64,000 nt of DNA from Erythrobacter sp. (GCF_023653175.1 NZ_JAMNXL010000001.1:314-64313); one strand, 5' to 3'. Counted from the stretch's first letter, positions 26,434-36,187 are shown. A program made the numbers and translations. Notes: a model not told the origin generated them from the sequence alone.

Positions 26434-27734
26434 CCGCCCTTCATCTTCTCCAGATAGCCGCTCGGCCCCATCTGCGCTGCCGTCCATGCGAAAATCGCGA
26501 GGCTGACGACGCCCGAGGCGAGACACACGCCGAACACCGCCATGGCCAGCGCGCTTGTCCCCTGCGTCGGGGTCAGGCTGTCGCTGATTGCGCCGATCAG
26601 TCCCAGCCCCAGCGTCTGGCCAATGAGGTTATTGAAGAACAGCGCGATGGCGACCGCGAACCCGCGGCTGGCTGGCTCGACCGCCGCCTGAATGCCCGAC
26701 AGGATGCCTGCCTGGCTCGCGACATAGACCGCATAGGCCAGCCCGAACCACCCGAGGAAGACAGTGAAGCTGTCCGACGTCAGGCTCAGCGCCAGCGGGG
26801 CGACGCAGCCGAGGCTCACCACGCCGGGCAACCACGCCCGCCAGCGTTCGTCGCGCCGGGTCAGCCACTGGGTCAGATAGCCGCCGAGGATCGGCCCCGG
26901 TATCCCGCCGAGGAAGAAGGTGAAGCCGAGATAGAGGCCCACATCGCCGGTCGAGATCGGGAACTGGCGCAGCATCACCGCCGCCATCCAGAAGGCGAGG
27001 CCATAGCCGATCATGATCTGCACCGCCCAGCCCAGCGCCAGCCCCATGAACACGCGGTTGGTCAGCAGGCTGCGGATCGTCTGACCCAATGGCAATTGCG
27101 TCATGTCGGTGCCCGCCGGGGCATAGCGGCCGCGTAAGGGCTCGCGCACGGTGAGGTAGATCACCCCGCCCAGCAGCAGCCCCGGCAGACCCATCAGGAT
27201 GAAGGCCCAGCGCCAGTCGAAGATTTCGGCCAATTGCCCGCCGATGATCAGCCCGCCCGCCGTCCCCATGCTCGCGCCGATGGTCAGGAAGCCCATCGCC
27301 TTCGCGAGCTCTCCGCGGGTGAAATAATCGGCGACGAGGCTTTGCGAGGAGGGGCCCGAACAGCCCTCCCCCACCCCCACGCCGGTGCGGGCGAGGAACA
27401 GCGTCCAGAAGCCGGTCGCCATGCCGCAGGCTGCGGTCATCAGGCTCCAGAAGGCTATCGCCGCCGCGACGATGTTCCGCCGCGTCGAGCGGTCGGCGAG
27501 CCGCGCGGCGGGAAAGCCCGCCAGCACGTAGATCAGCGAGAAGGCGAGCCCGCCGAGCAGGCCGAGCTCGAAGTCCGACAGGGCGAACTCGGCCTTGATG
27601 TCCTGCACGAGGATGCCGAACACCAGCCGGTCGGCGACACTGAACGCGCTCGTCAGCGTCAGCAGGCCCAGAACATACCAGCGGTATGCTCCGGGTGTGC
27701 GCGCGTCAGTGGTGAGGCCGGGCGTAGAGGCCAT
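26430..27734 (-). CDS. MFS transporter
   Basis: 434 aa, 12 TM pattern. The loop 2-3 motif GFPAARLADRSTRRN is MFS-typical. Confidence 0.9.
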   Translation of the reverse strand: MASTPGLTTDARTPGAYRWYVLGLLTLTSAFSVADRLVFGILVQDIKAEFALSDFELGLLGGLAFSLIYVLAGFPAARLADRSTRRNIVAAAIAFWSLMTAACGMATGFWTLFLARTGVGVGEGCSGPSSQSLVADYFTRGELAKAMGFLTIGASMGTAGGLIIGGQLAEIFDWRWAFILMGLPGLLLGGVIYLTVREPLRGRYAPAGTDMTQLPLGQTIRSLLTNRVFMGLALGWAVQIMIGYGLAFWMAAVMLRQFPISTGDVGLYLGFTFFLGGIPGPILGGYLTQWLTRRDERWRAWLPGVVSLGCVAPLALSLTSDSFTVFLGWFGLAYAVYVASQAGILSGIQAAVEPASRGFAVAIALFFNNLIGQTLGLGLIGAISDSLTPTQGTSALAMAVFGVCLASGVVSLAIFAWTAAQMGPSGYLEKMKGG

Positions 27735-28485
27735 TGTCCACCGGGATCGTCAGGCCGTTGAGGAAGCGCGCCTCGTCCGAGGCGAGAAACAGCACGCAGC
27801 CCGCCACGTCGCTGGGGTGGCCGAGCGCGTCGGCGGGGAGCGGGCCTTCGGGAATCTCCATCGGCTTCTGGCCGGCGCGGCCCGACACGCCCATCACCAT
27901 CGGCGTCTCGATCCCGCCGGGCGCGAGCGCGTTGACGCGGATGCCGTAGCCCCTGTCCTGGAAGTCGACCGCAAGGCTGCGGGTCATCCCCGCGATCCCC
28001 GCCTTGCACGCCGCATAGGCGGGGATGTTGCCATAGCCCATCAGCGCCGCGGTCGAGGCCATGTTGATGATCGACGAGCCGCCCCCGCCGATTGTCTCGT
28101 GCCGGTTCTTCATCAGCGACACGGCGTATTTGCACCCCAGAAAGGTGCCGACCACGTGGATATCGAGGTGCAGCTTGAAGTGCGCGAGGCTGCAATCCTC
28201 GATGCTCTCGAAGATCACGTTGCCGGCGTTGTTGACGAGGATATCGAGCCCGCCGTGGCGTTCGTGCACCGCGCGCATCACCTCGATCCATTGCTCTTCG
28301 CTGGTCACATCGAGCGCCATCGCGTCGCCGCCGATGGAGTCGGCGACCTGATGCGCGAGCTCCGCATCGCGGTCGGTGACGATCACCTTCGCGCCCTCGC
28401 GCGCCAGCACCTCGCAATCGGCCTTGCCCAGCCCCATCGCCCCGCCCGTTACGAGCGCAATCCTGCCCGCTACCCGTCCCGCCAT
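27706..28485 (-). CDS. Short-chain dehydrogenase/reductase
   Basis: VTGGAMGLGKA, NNAG, YAACKAGI. Its 3-prime end overlaps the MFS start by 29 nt. Confidence 0.9.
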   Translation of the reverse strand: MAGRVAGRIALVTGGAMGLGKADCEVLAREGAKVIVTDRDAELAHQVADSIGGDAMALDVTSEEQWIEVMRAVHERHGGLDILVNNAGNVIFESIEDCSLAHFKLHLDIHVVGTFLGCKYAVSLMKNRHETIGGGGSSIINMASTAALMGYGNIPAYAACKAGIAGMTRSLAVDFQDRGYGIRVNALAPGGIETPMVMGVSGRAGQKPMEIPEGPLPADALGHPSDVAGCVLFLASDEARFLNGLTIPVDNGLYARPHH

Positions 28486-28626
28486 CTGCCTTCTCCCAAA
28501 GCGCTTTTTTCTGTCGTGCCAGCCTATCGGGCGCAGGAACCCCCGCCACTGTCGAAAGCGCGAGGGCGCCGCGGCGCGCGCGGGGCGGCGCGAAGGGCAG
28601 CCGAATGACGTTACGGAATCGAGCTT

Positions 28627-28642
28627 TCACACAGGCGTGTGA
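28627..28642. promoter_or_regulatory. Perfect inverted repeat TCACAC-AGGC-GTGTGA in divergent promoter region (candidate operator)
   Basis: Read directly. Lies 142 nt from the SDR start (28485) and about 180 nt from the TonB-receptor start (28821). Confidence 0.3.
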
Positions 28643-28820
28643 CGTTTTTGTCGCAGTTTGCAGCGGTCACTATCGCTTTTGCTGATGGCGCGCACGCAGG
28701 CGCACCATACACCTGCAAAGGTATCCGAAGGCTTCGGCTGAAGGGCATGAGGAGACATGCCTGCGGGTTGGGAAAAACAGGGTGCGCGGGCAAGCCGCGG
28801 CCTGATGGGGAGAGAGAGCC

Positions 28821-31292
28821 ATGAACATTCTTCGTGCCCGAATTGCGTCTGGCGTCGGCACCAGCGGCATGCGCCGCGCGCTGCTGTGCGGGGCTGCGTT
28901 GAGCGGCATCGCCGCGATGCCCACCGCCGCCTCCGCGCAGGATACGGCCGACGGCGCCGATGCGGATGACGATGTCCCGGTGATCGTCGTCCAGGCCCGC
29001 CGCCAGAGCGAAACCTTGCAGGAAGTCCCCGTCACCGTCACCGCGATCGGCGGCGAGACGCTCGAGCGTTTCTCGATCGACCAGATCGCCGACTTCACCA
29101 GCCGCGTGCCGACCCTCAACGTGCAGGTCGGCGGCTCGGGCTCGGGCGGCCAGCTCAGCTTGCGCGGCGTCGGCTCCTCGAACATCTCGGCGGCATTCGA
29201 TTCGGCGGTCGCCTTCGAATATGACGGGGTCGTCGTCTCGACCATGCGCATGGTGCAGGCCGGTTTCTTCGACGTCGAGCAGGTCGACGTGCTGCGCGGG
29301 CCGCAATCGCTGTTCTTCGGCAAGTCGGCGACCGCAGGGGTGCTCTCGCTGCGGTCGGCCAACCCGACCGCGACCTGGCAATTCGGCGCGCGCGGCAGCT
29401 ACGAGTTCGAGGAGAAGGGCTACCTTGTCTCGGGCTTCATCTCGGGCCCGATCACCGACACGCTGGGCATCCGCATCGCCGGACAGTTCAACGACATCGA
29501 TGAATTCCAGCTGCTCCAGCCGGGCACCCCGGCGGTCAACCAGAAGCGCGGGCTCACCGACTTCATCGGCCGCGTGACGCTCGACTGGAACCCGTCGGAC
29601 CGGTTCCGCGCCAACTTCAAGCTGCAATACACCAAGAACGAGAACGACGGCGCGATCGGCACCGCGGAAATCTTCTGCGGCGCCAATGGCGTTGCCGATC
29701 CGGTGGTGCTGCTGGGCGGGGCGGTGACGATCCCGGCGGGCTATGACTGCAATGTTACCGACCAGCGCTACTTCCTGTCCGATGCCGCCGTGCCGCTGGC
29801 GCCCGGCGTGCCGACCCCGTCGAAGGCCGCGGGCCGCAACGGGGTGCCTTTCGGCGAGACCGAGATCTGGTTCGGGCGCCTGCAGTTCGACCTCGACCTG
29901 TCGGACACGCTGACCCTCACCTCGGTCACGGGCCTGCTCAACATGGATGCGGTCGATTTCGACTGCTATGCCTATGGCGGCTTCCTGACCGGCCCGGGCG
30001 GCACCCGCCTGCCCGGCGCGGCGGGCTGTTCGGACCCGATCAACGCGCTCGAGCAGTACAGCCAGGAAGTCCGCCTCGCATCGGACTTCGACGGGCCGTT
30101 CAACTTCATGCTCGGCGCGTTCTACGAGGACCGCACCTTCATCTTCGACACCTCGCAGCAGGGCGTGAACATCTCGTTCCTCGCGGCCGACCCGGTGACC
30201 GGCTTTACCTATGACTGGGACAAGACCCACACCACCAAGACCGAGGCCCTGTCGTTCTTCGGCAGCGTCAACTTCGACATCACCGAACAGCTCGAACTGT
30301 CGGGCGGGGTGCGCTGGACCGACGAATCCAAGATCCAGACCATCGCGGTGCCTTACCTGCACACCTTCCTGCAGGGCCCGGGCTTCGTGCGGCCGGGCTT
30401 CTTCTCGGGCCCGATCAACTTCGCCGACGACAACGTCTCGCCCGAAGTCACGCTGCGCTACAAGGCGACCGACGACATCAACATCTTCGCCTCGTTCAAG
30501 ACCGGCTTCAAGTCGGGCGGGATCGACAACTCGGCGCTGCCGTCGAACAGCCTCAGCCAGGCGGCGCTGTCGGGTGACTTCAGCTCGCTGATCTTCCAGT
30601 CGGAAAAGGCCAAGGGCGGCGAAGTGGGCTTCAAGTCGCAGTGGGCGAACCGCGACATCACCCTCAATGCCACCGCTTACTACTACGTGTTCGAGGATCT
30701 GCAGGTGCAGAACTTCAACGCGGTCACCATCCAGTTCGTCACCAGCAACGCGGGCGAGTTGACCACCAAGGGGGTCGATCTGGAAGCCGGTTGGCGCACC
30801 CCGATCGACGGGCTGAACTTCTCGGCCAACCTGTCGTACCTTGATGCGCAATACACCGCCCAATTCCTGCAGCCGGGCGGCCAGGGCGGGGTGATCGACC
30901 TCAACGGACGGCGCGGCAGCCAGGCGCCCGAGTGGGCCGGCAACTTCGCCGCCGACTGGACGATCCCGCTGTCGGACAGCCTCGAGCTGTTCCTGTCGGG
31001 CAACGCTGCCTATAATGACGGCTACATCACCGACGAGACCTCGCTCAACGACTTCGTCCAGCCGAGCTTCTGGCTGATCGATTCGAGCGTCTCGATCGGC
31101 CACCCGGACGGCAAGTGGAAGCTGTCGCTGGTGGCGCAGAACCTCACCGACAAGATCTTCGTCATCACCAGCGGCGGGCGTCCGTTCCTGCCCTCGGGGG
31201 TCGATGCCCAGGGCCGGCCGCGCGGCGACGATCTGGTGCTCACCCAGAATCGGGGCCGTCAGGTCTTCGCGGAAGTCAGCTTCAAGTTCTGA
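28821..31292 (+). CDS. TonB-dependent outer-membrane receptor
   Basis: Signal peptide ending AASAQD. Plug-domain VTVTAIGGETLERFSI. 823 aa beta-barrel ending VFAEVSFKF. Confidence 0.95.
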   Translation: MNILRARIASGVGTSGMRRALLCGAALSGIAAMPTAASAQDTADGADADDDVPVIVVQARRQSETLQEVPVTVTAIGGETLERFSIDQIADFTSRVPTLNVQVGGSGSGGQLSLRGVGSSNISAAFDSAVAFEYDGVVVSTMRMVQAGFFDVEQVDVLRGPQSLFFGKSATAGVLSLRSANPTATWQFGARGSYEFEEKGYLVSGFISGPITDTLGIRIAGQFNDIDEFQLLQPGTPAVNQKRGLTDFIGRVTLDWNPSDRFRANFKLQYTKNENDGAIGTAEIFCGANGVADPVVLLGGAVTIPAGYDCNVTDQRYFLSDAAVPLAPGVPTPSKAAGRNGVPFGETEIWFGRLQFDLDLSDTLTLTSVTGLLNMDAVDFDCYAYGGFLTGPGGTRLPGAAGCSDPINALEQYSQEVRLASDFDGPFNFMLGAFYEDRTFIFDTSQQGVNISFLAADPVTGFTYDWDKTHTTKTEALSFFGSVNFDITEQLELSGGVRWTDESKIQTIAVPYLHTFLQGPGFVRPGFFSGPINFADDNVSPEVTLRYKATDDINIFASFKTGFKSGGIDNSALPSNSLSQAALSGDFSSLIFQSEKAKGGEVGFKSQWANRDITLNATAYYYVFEDLQVQNFNAVTIQFVTSNAGELTTKGVDLEAGWRTPIDGLNFSANLSYLDAQYTAQFLQPGGQGGVIDLNGRRGSQAPEWAGNFAADWTIPLSDSLELFLSGNAAYNDGYITDETSLNDFVQPSFWLIDSSVSIGHPDGKWKLSLVAQNLTDKIFVITSGGRPFLPSGVDAQGRPRGDDLVLTQNRGRQVFAEVSFKF

Positions 31293-31317
31293 TCGCTTCG
31301 AACCCAGGGGGGACGGG

Positions 31318-31351
31318 GGGCGGGCCAGCGATGGCCCGCCCTTCGCTTTTT
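31318..31351 (+). terminator. Rho-independent terminator after the TonB receptor gene
   Basis: GGGCGGGCC-agcgat-GGCCCGCCC (9-bp GC stem) followed by TTCGCTTTTT. Confidence 0.65.
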
Positions 31352-31449
31352 GGCCCCTTGGGCTGAGCCTTCTGACCAAAAGTGAGCATTGCCGCCGCGT
31401 CCGGCAAGGCGGATGGTCGCGGGCAAAAGCACCACCGGGAGGAACGGCA

Positions 31450-32679
31450 ATGTCACGCGAAACGCTGGTCGCAATGACCCGCAATCTGGTCGCCCACGGC
31501 GCGGCCGACACGATGGAATATGCCGACGACGTGGTGCGGGTGCCCGCCAGCGCCTATACCGACCCGGCGCTGTTCGAGACCGAGAAGAAGCAGATCTTCC
31601 GCCGCCTGCCGCTGATGGTCGCCCCTTCGTGCGAGCTGCCCAATCCCGGCGACTTCAAGGCGATGGACATCTGCGGCGTGCCGCTGCTGCTCTCCCGCCA
31701 AAAGGACGGCAGCATGGGCGCCTTCCTCAACATGTGCACCCACCGCGGCAACCCGCTCGCCAATGGCTGCGGCAATGCCAGCCGCTTCACCTGCGGCTAT
31801 CACGGCTGGACCTTCAAGGCCGACGGCGACCTGATCGGGGTCGCCGACTCGAAGGATTTCGGCTCCATCGACAAGAGCCAGCATTGCCTGACCAAGTTCC
31901 CGGTCTACGAGAACGCCGGCCTGATCTGGGTGACGCTCGACCCGCATTCCCAGCTTTCGATCGCCGATTACCTGTGCGGCTATGACGACCTGCTCAAGGC
32001 CTTCGAGTTCGACGGCTGGACGCTGTTCGCGCAGCGCACGCTGGAAGGGCCGAATTGGAAGACGGCGTACGACGGCTATCTCGATTTCTACCACCTGCCG
32101 GTGCTCCACAAGGACACCTTCGGGGCTGACTTCTACAACCGCGCCAACTACTTCGCTTTCGGCCCGCACCAGCGCCTCTCCACGCCCTCGCAGTTCGCGA
32201 TCAAGGTGCAGGGGGACGACGACCAGCAGATGGACCTCGCCGCCATGGCCGACGACGATCTGCCGCAGGAGGTGCTGGTGCAGGGCGTGTGGACGATCTT
32301 CCCGCACATCTCGATCGCCAGCTTCTACGGCGGCGGGCAGCGCGGCGCGATGATCAGCCAGCTGTTCCCCGGCGCGGCGGTGGGCGAGAGCTTCACCACC
32401 CAGTTCTACGTCATGGAAAACCAGCCCGAGACCCCCGAACAGGTCCAGGCCGCGCACGACCAGTTCAATTTCCTCGAGATCGTGGTGCGCGACGAAGACT
32501 ACGCCACCGGCAAGCGCCAGCAGCAGGCGCTCGCGTCAGGGCTGATGAAAGAGGTGCTGTTCGGCCGCAACGAGAAGGGCGGTCAGGTCTTCCACCAGTG
32601 GGTCGAGCGGCTGGTCAATGCGGGCGACGATGATCTGGTGGCGATCTTCGCGGGCGAGCAGCGTCAGGCGGCGGAGTAA
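31450..32679 (+). CDS. Rieske (2Fe-2S) aromatic-ring-hydroxylating oxygenase alpha subunit, homo-oligomeric (KshA/phthalate-family-like) type
   Basis: ORF 31204..32679 trimmed to MSRETLVAMTRN (31450). Rieske CTHRGNPL...CGYHGWTF. Mononuclear iron motif DGYLDFYHLPVLH. No adjacent beta subunit. Confidence 0.9.
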   Translation: MSRETLVAMTRNLVAHGAADTMEYADDVVRVPASAYTDPALFETEKKQIFRRLPLMVAPSCELPNPGDFKAMDICGVPLLLSRQKDGSMGAFLNMCTHRGNPLANGCGNASRFTCGYHGWTFKADGDLIGVADSKDFGSIDKSQHCLTKFPVYENAGLIWVTLDPHSQLSIADYLCGYDDLLKAFEFDGWTLFAQRTLEGPNWKTAYDGYLDFYHLPVLHKDTFGADFYNRANYFAFGPHQRLSTPSQFAIKVQGDDDQQMDLAAMADDDLPQEVLVQGVWTIFPHISIASFYGGGQRGAMISQLFPGAAVGESFTTQFYVMENQPETPEQVQAAHDQFNFLEIVVRDEDYATGKRQQQALASGLMKEVLFGRNEKGGQVFHQWVERLVNAGDDDLVAIFAGEQRQAAE

Positions 32680-32903
32680 GGGGTCGGGCGCCGTTCCTCC
32701 TCCCGTCTCCGCGGACTTGATCCGGGGTTCGGCTGCGCCTCTTTCCACACAGGGGAAGTTAGCCAAGCCCCGTGTCAGGCACGGGGTGACGGGGAATTGT
32801 GTTCCCGAGCAGTTACAGGCGAAACGGCAGCTTTCAGGCTCGCAAGGTGGTTTCGCCGATGGCCTGAACTGGGTGGAATCCGGACATTGACCAGCACGTG
32901 GTC

Positions 32904-33296
32904 ATGAGCCAGTATTATAGAATGCAACTACTTAGTAAGCGCGCAGAACTGATCCGAACTGCCGGGCTGGCACATGTGATCGGCCTTATCGTCGTGGGCT
33001 TTTACGGCACGGTTGGGGCGTCAGGTGGGTTTGGAAACGGAGCTTGGGTGGGAACGCTAACAGGTGGCGTCTTTTCCTTTCCATGGTTTGCGGCGCTCAT
33101 TGCGGTGATTTGGTTCTTTCCCGAATTTTATTGGAAACATTTCTTAGCAATGTGCGTGGCTGGGCCTGTGCTGGTCTGCGGCACTTGGTGGTTGCTCAGT
33201 GGCACAGAATTAATTGCAGTCGCCATCACAACCGTTGTCGGTAGCATCGCATTTCTAACGAACATGTCGTTCATACGCTGGCGTAGGGCAAACTAG
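32904..33296 (+). CDS. Hypothetical 4-TM membrane protein in low-GC islet
   Basis: 130 aa from ATG 32904 (GTG 32898 is an alternative). Four hydrophobic helices. A/T-rich codons unlike the neighbours. No family recognised and no clear RBS. Confidence 0.5.
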   Translation: MSQYYRMQLLSKRAELIRTAGLAHVIGLIVVGFYGTVGASGGFGNGAWVGTLTGGVFSFPWFAALIAVIWFFPEFYWKHFLAMCVAGPVLVCGTWWLLSGTELIAVAITTVVGSIAFLTNMSFIRWRRAN

Positions 33297-33621
33297 CCTT
33301 AAGGACTGCTCCGGCTCGATAGCCGAACGGCAGCTTTTGGCGAGCGACCAGCGGTTTGCAGACGTTTCCTACAAGCCCGCCAGCCGCTATTATGCCCCCC
33401 GGCTCTTTCCCATCGTTCTGCCCGGCCTGCGAGGCCGTTGGATGCCTGAGGCATGAAAACAGGCCCCGACTCCCTGTCCGTCCGCTTGGCGAAATCGGGC
33501 ATGAATGATTGAATTTATTGATGAAATGGCAGGTCTGCAAAGTTGACAGGGTGTAACCTTTGTCCGCTTTGCAAGGCTGCAAATCAGGCGGCGGATTGGT
33601 TGGAAGCCCACCCCGCAATCG

Positions 33622-34086
33622 TCAGAACGCGAAGGGCCGCTCCGGCACGCTGGGCCCCTTCGCTGTCGGATTGTCGTTGAGCGCCAGCTCGACCAGCGCG
33701 GTGTCGAAGAACTCGTGCAGCTCCACGATCAGCCCGTCCGCGATCGTCAGGATCTGGCAGTAGGTCTGGAGATATTCGTGCCCGTTGGTGGCCATGCCGC
33801 CCCCGCGCATCAGGCCGACCACGCGCTCGTCGTCGGCACACATGATCCGCCACTGGCCCGAAAAGCGGATGGTTTCGGCCACCAGCTTGCCGATCACGCC
33901 CTCGGCCACGACCGGCCCGAAGCATTCGGCCTTACCGACCCAGCGTCCGGAGACCGGAGTGGTGCCAACGAGATTGAACACCACGTCTTCCGAATGCAGG
34001 GCGGCGAGCGTATCGAAATCGCCCGCCGCCAGTGCCTCGTAATAGCGGGTGGCCAGCGCGATATTGGCCGCGCGCTGCTCGCTCAC
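33622..34086 (-). CDS. NTF2-like (SnoaL-family) protein
   Basis: 154 aa. N-terminal ATRYYEALAAGDFDTLAALHSEDVVFNLVG is typical of the SnoaL_2 cone fold. 4 nt after the NmrA-like gene. Confidence 0.8.
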   Translation of the reverse strand: MSEQRAANIALATRYYEALAAGDFDTLAALHSEDVVFNLVGTTPVSGRWVGKAECFGPVVAEGVIGKLVAETIRFSGQWRIMCADDERVVGLMRGGGMATNGHEYLQTYCQILTIADGLIVELHEFFDTALVELALNDNPTAKGPSVPERPFAF

Positions 34087-34090
34087 GCGA

Positions 34091-35038
34091 TTACCCGAAC
34101 GCCGGGCGATAATTGCTCTCGCCCCAGTCCTGCCGCTTGGTCCATTCGCCCATCGGCTCGAGCTTGCCTTCCAGTTCCGGGAAGCGCTCGTAGACGTGGT
34201 CCATGTCGACCGCGAAGGGGCGCGTGGGGGCGTTGTTGTTGTATTCGTAGAAGTCCTCGATCCCCTTGGCGAAGTCGGCGCGCATGGCCTCGGGCATGGT
34301 ATCGCCCGCCGCCTCGACGAGGTAGCGCCCGAACTCGGCAGGGGTGCAGGGATCGTATTTGATTTCCTTGCCGAGCGCCTCGGACAGGCACTGGGTCACC
34401 TGCTTGCCGACCATCCGCTCCGGCCCGCCGATGTTGAGCCAGGCGCCTTCCATATCGGGCCGCTCGAGGCTGGCGAGCATGAAGCGCGCGACGTCATCAA
34501 GGCTGATCCAGTTGGCCTCCAGCGCGGGGTTGTGCGGATAGACGTAGCGCCCCTCATTGATGATGAAGGGCCGCGCCCAGTTGGTGAGGAGGTTGTCCAT
34601 GAACAGCACGCTCCCGAACACCGTCCCCGGCGCGCCCGAGCGCCACAGCGCGTTGATCCCGGCAGTGTTGCCGGCATAGGTGAAGGCATCGCCGGGCTTG
34701 TCGGGGATCCAGCTCGAGGTGTTCCACACCACCCGCTTGACGTTCAGATGCGCGGCGACCTTGCCGACCTCGCCGACGAGATAGGCGCGGTCGGCGCGGG
34801 CCTGCAGGGGGTGAGTGTAGAAGATGTAGTCCGAACCCTCGAGCGCGGCTTCAAAGGTGGAGGTGTCGTAGAGGTCCATCGGCCGCACCTCGACCCGCTC
34901 CACGCCTTCCACCGGCGCGCCCTCCAGCGCATCGGGCCGGCGCGAGATTGCGCGCACGTCATACCCTGCCGCGAGCGCCTGGCGCACCTGCGCAAGGCCC
35001 TGCCGCCCGCTCGCGCCGATAACCGTGATGAGTGCCAT
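34091..35038 (-). CDS. NmrA-family NAD(P)-binding protein
   Basis: The 701-aa ORF was trimmed to MALITVIGASGRQGLAQVRQAL (35038). 315 aa with an atypical-SDR Rossmann fold. Confidence 0.85.
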   Translation of the reverse strand: MALITVIGASGRQGLAQVRQALAAGYDVRAISRRPDALEGAPVEGVERVEVRPMDLYDTSTFEAALEGSDYIFYTHPLQARADRAYLVGEVGKVAAHLNVKRVVWNTSSWIPDKPGDAFTYAGNTAGINALWRSGAPGTVFGSVLFMDNLLTNWARPFIINEGRYVYPHNPALEANWISLDDVARFMLASLERPDMEGAWLNIGGPERMVGKQVTQCLSEALGKEIKYDPCTPAEFGRYLVEAAGDTMPEAMRADFAKGIEDFYEYNNNAPTRPFAVDMDHVYERFPELEGKLEPMGEWTKRQDWGESNYRPAFG

Positions 35039-35185
35039 AGTCCCTCTCTCCCTCGTGTTCTTGTGGGGCAAGACTAGGAAGCGCCCCGCCCCTCCGCACC
35101 GCGCCAAAGTGATAGCCCGGGCGCGCTCGGCCCTAGCGAAAAGGCGGGGTTGCCGTAGCGGCCTCGCCACCGGACAAACCGGCGC

Positions 35186-36187
35186 ATGGACAACCGTATC
35201 TGGCGCATCGCGCGCCGCCCCGTTGGCACCGATTTCGCCGCCGCGCTCGCGCTGGAGGAGGAAGATTTTGCCCCGCTCGGCGATGGGCAGATCCGCATCC
35301 GCAACACCCACCTGTCGATGGACGCGGGCACCCGAATGTGGCTCTCGGACCGCGAGGATGGCTACCAGCCGCCGCTCCCGGTGGGCGGGCCGATGACGGG
35401 ACTGGTTCTGGGCGAGGTGATCGAGAGCCGCGCCGAGGGTTTTGAGGAGGGCGATCTGGTGCGCGCCTTCGGGCAGTGGGCCGATGTCAGCACGGTCGAT
35501 GCGGTGATGTCGGGCGCGCTGCTGCTCGATCCCACCGTGGCCGACCGGCGCGCGTGGTTCGGCCCGCTCGGGATGAACGGGTGGACCGCACTTTGGGGCG
35601 TCGAACAGACCGGCGCCGCCAAGCCGGGCGAGCGGGTGCTGGTCTCCGCCGCAGCGGGGGCGACAGGAATCCTTGCTGTGCAGATCGCCAGATTGCTCGG
35701 CTGCGAGGCGTGGGGGATCGCGGGCGGGGCGGGGAAATGCGCTTACCTGACCGGGGAGCTCGGGATTGCGGGGGCGGTGGATTACAAGGCCGGCGATGTC
35801 GCTGCCCAGCTCGACGCAGCGGGCGGCTTCGACGTCTATTTCGACAATGTCGGCGGCCCGCTTCTGGATCAGGTGCTCACCCGCATGAATCACTATGGCC
35901 GGATCGCGGTGTGCGGGCTCCTCGCCGATTACACCGCCGGCACCCGCACCGCGCCGAAGGAATTCGATCAGGTGCTGATGCGGCGGCTCAGGATCGAGGG
36001 CTTCTTCTCGCCCGACTTCATGCACGAAGGCCCTGCCCTCACCCGCCGTCTTCGCCAGTGGACCGAGGAAGGCGCGCTCGTCATGCCCTATGACGTGACG
36101 ACCGGCCTCGAGAACACCCTCACCGCCTATGCCAAACTCTTCACCGGCGCGAATATCGGCAAGGTGATCGTGGAGTTGACCCCATGA
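35186..36187 (+). CDS. NADP-dependent MDR oxidoreductase (YncB/CurA / alkenal-one reductase-like), paralog 1
   Basis: 333 aa. Cofactor motif VSAAAGATGILAVQIARLLG. C-terminal ...FTGANIGKVIVEL. Confidence 0.9.
   Translation: MDNRIWRIARRPVGTDFAAALALEEEDFAPLGDGQIRIRNTHLSMDAGTRMWLSDREDGYQPPLPVGGPMTGLVLGEVIESRAEGFEEGDLVRAFGQWADVSTVDAVMSGALLLDPTVADRRAWFGPLGMNGWTALWGVEQTGAAKPGERVLVSAAAGATGILAVQIARLLGCEAWGIAGGAGKCAYLTGELGIAGAVDYKAGDVAAQLDAAGGFDVYFDNVGGPLLDQVLTRMNHYGRIAVCGLLADYTAGTRTAPKEFDQVLMRRLRIEGFFSPDFMHEGPALTRRLRQWTEEGALVMPYDVTTGLENTLTAYAKLFTGANIGKVIVELTP

Noticed and set aside
28611-31511. 966-aa minus-strand ORF
   Set aside because: It is antisense to the TonB-dependent receptor, which has a signal peptide, plug domain and terminal Phe. 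The antisense product is Arg/Gly/Asp/Glu-rich with no recognisable domain.
32680-33621. tRNA or attachment-site remnant, integrase, or IS element flanking the low-GC islet
   Set aside because: I looked for T-arm-like GGTTCGAATCC and acceptor-stem patterns and for transposase-like ORFs. Only weak partial matches turned up (for example GGTGGAATCC at about 32872), with no cloverleaf. The small overlapping ORFs at 33271..33618 are Arg/Pro/Gly-rich and unconvincing.
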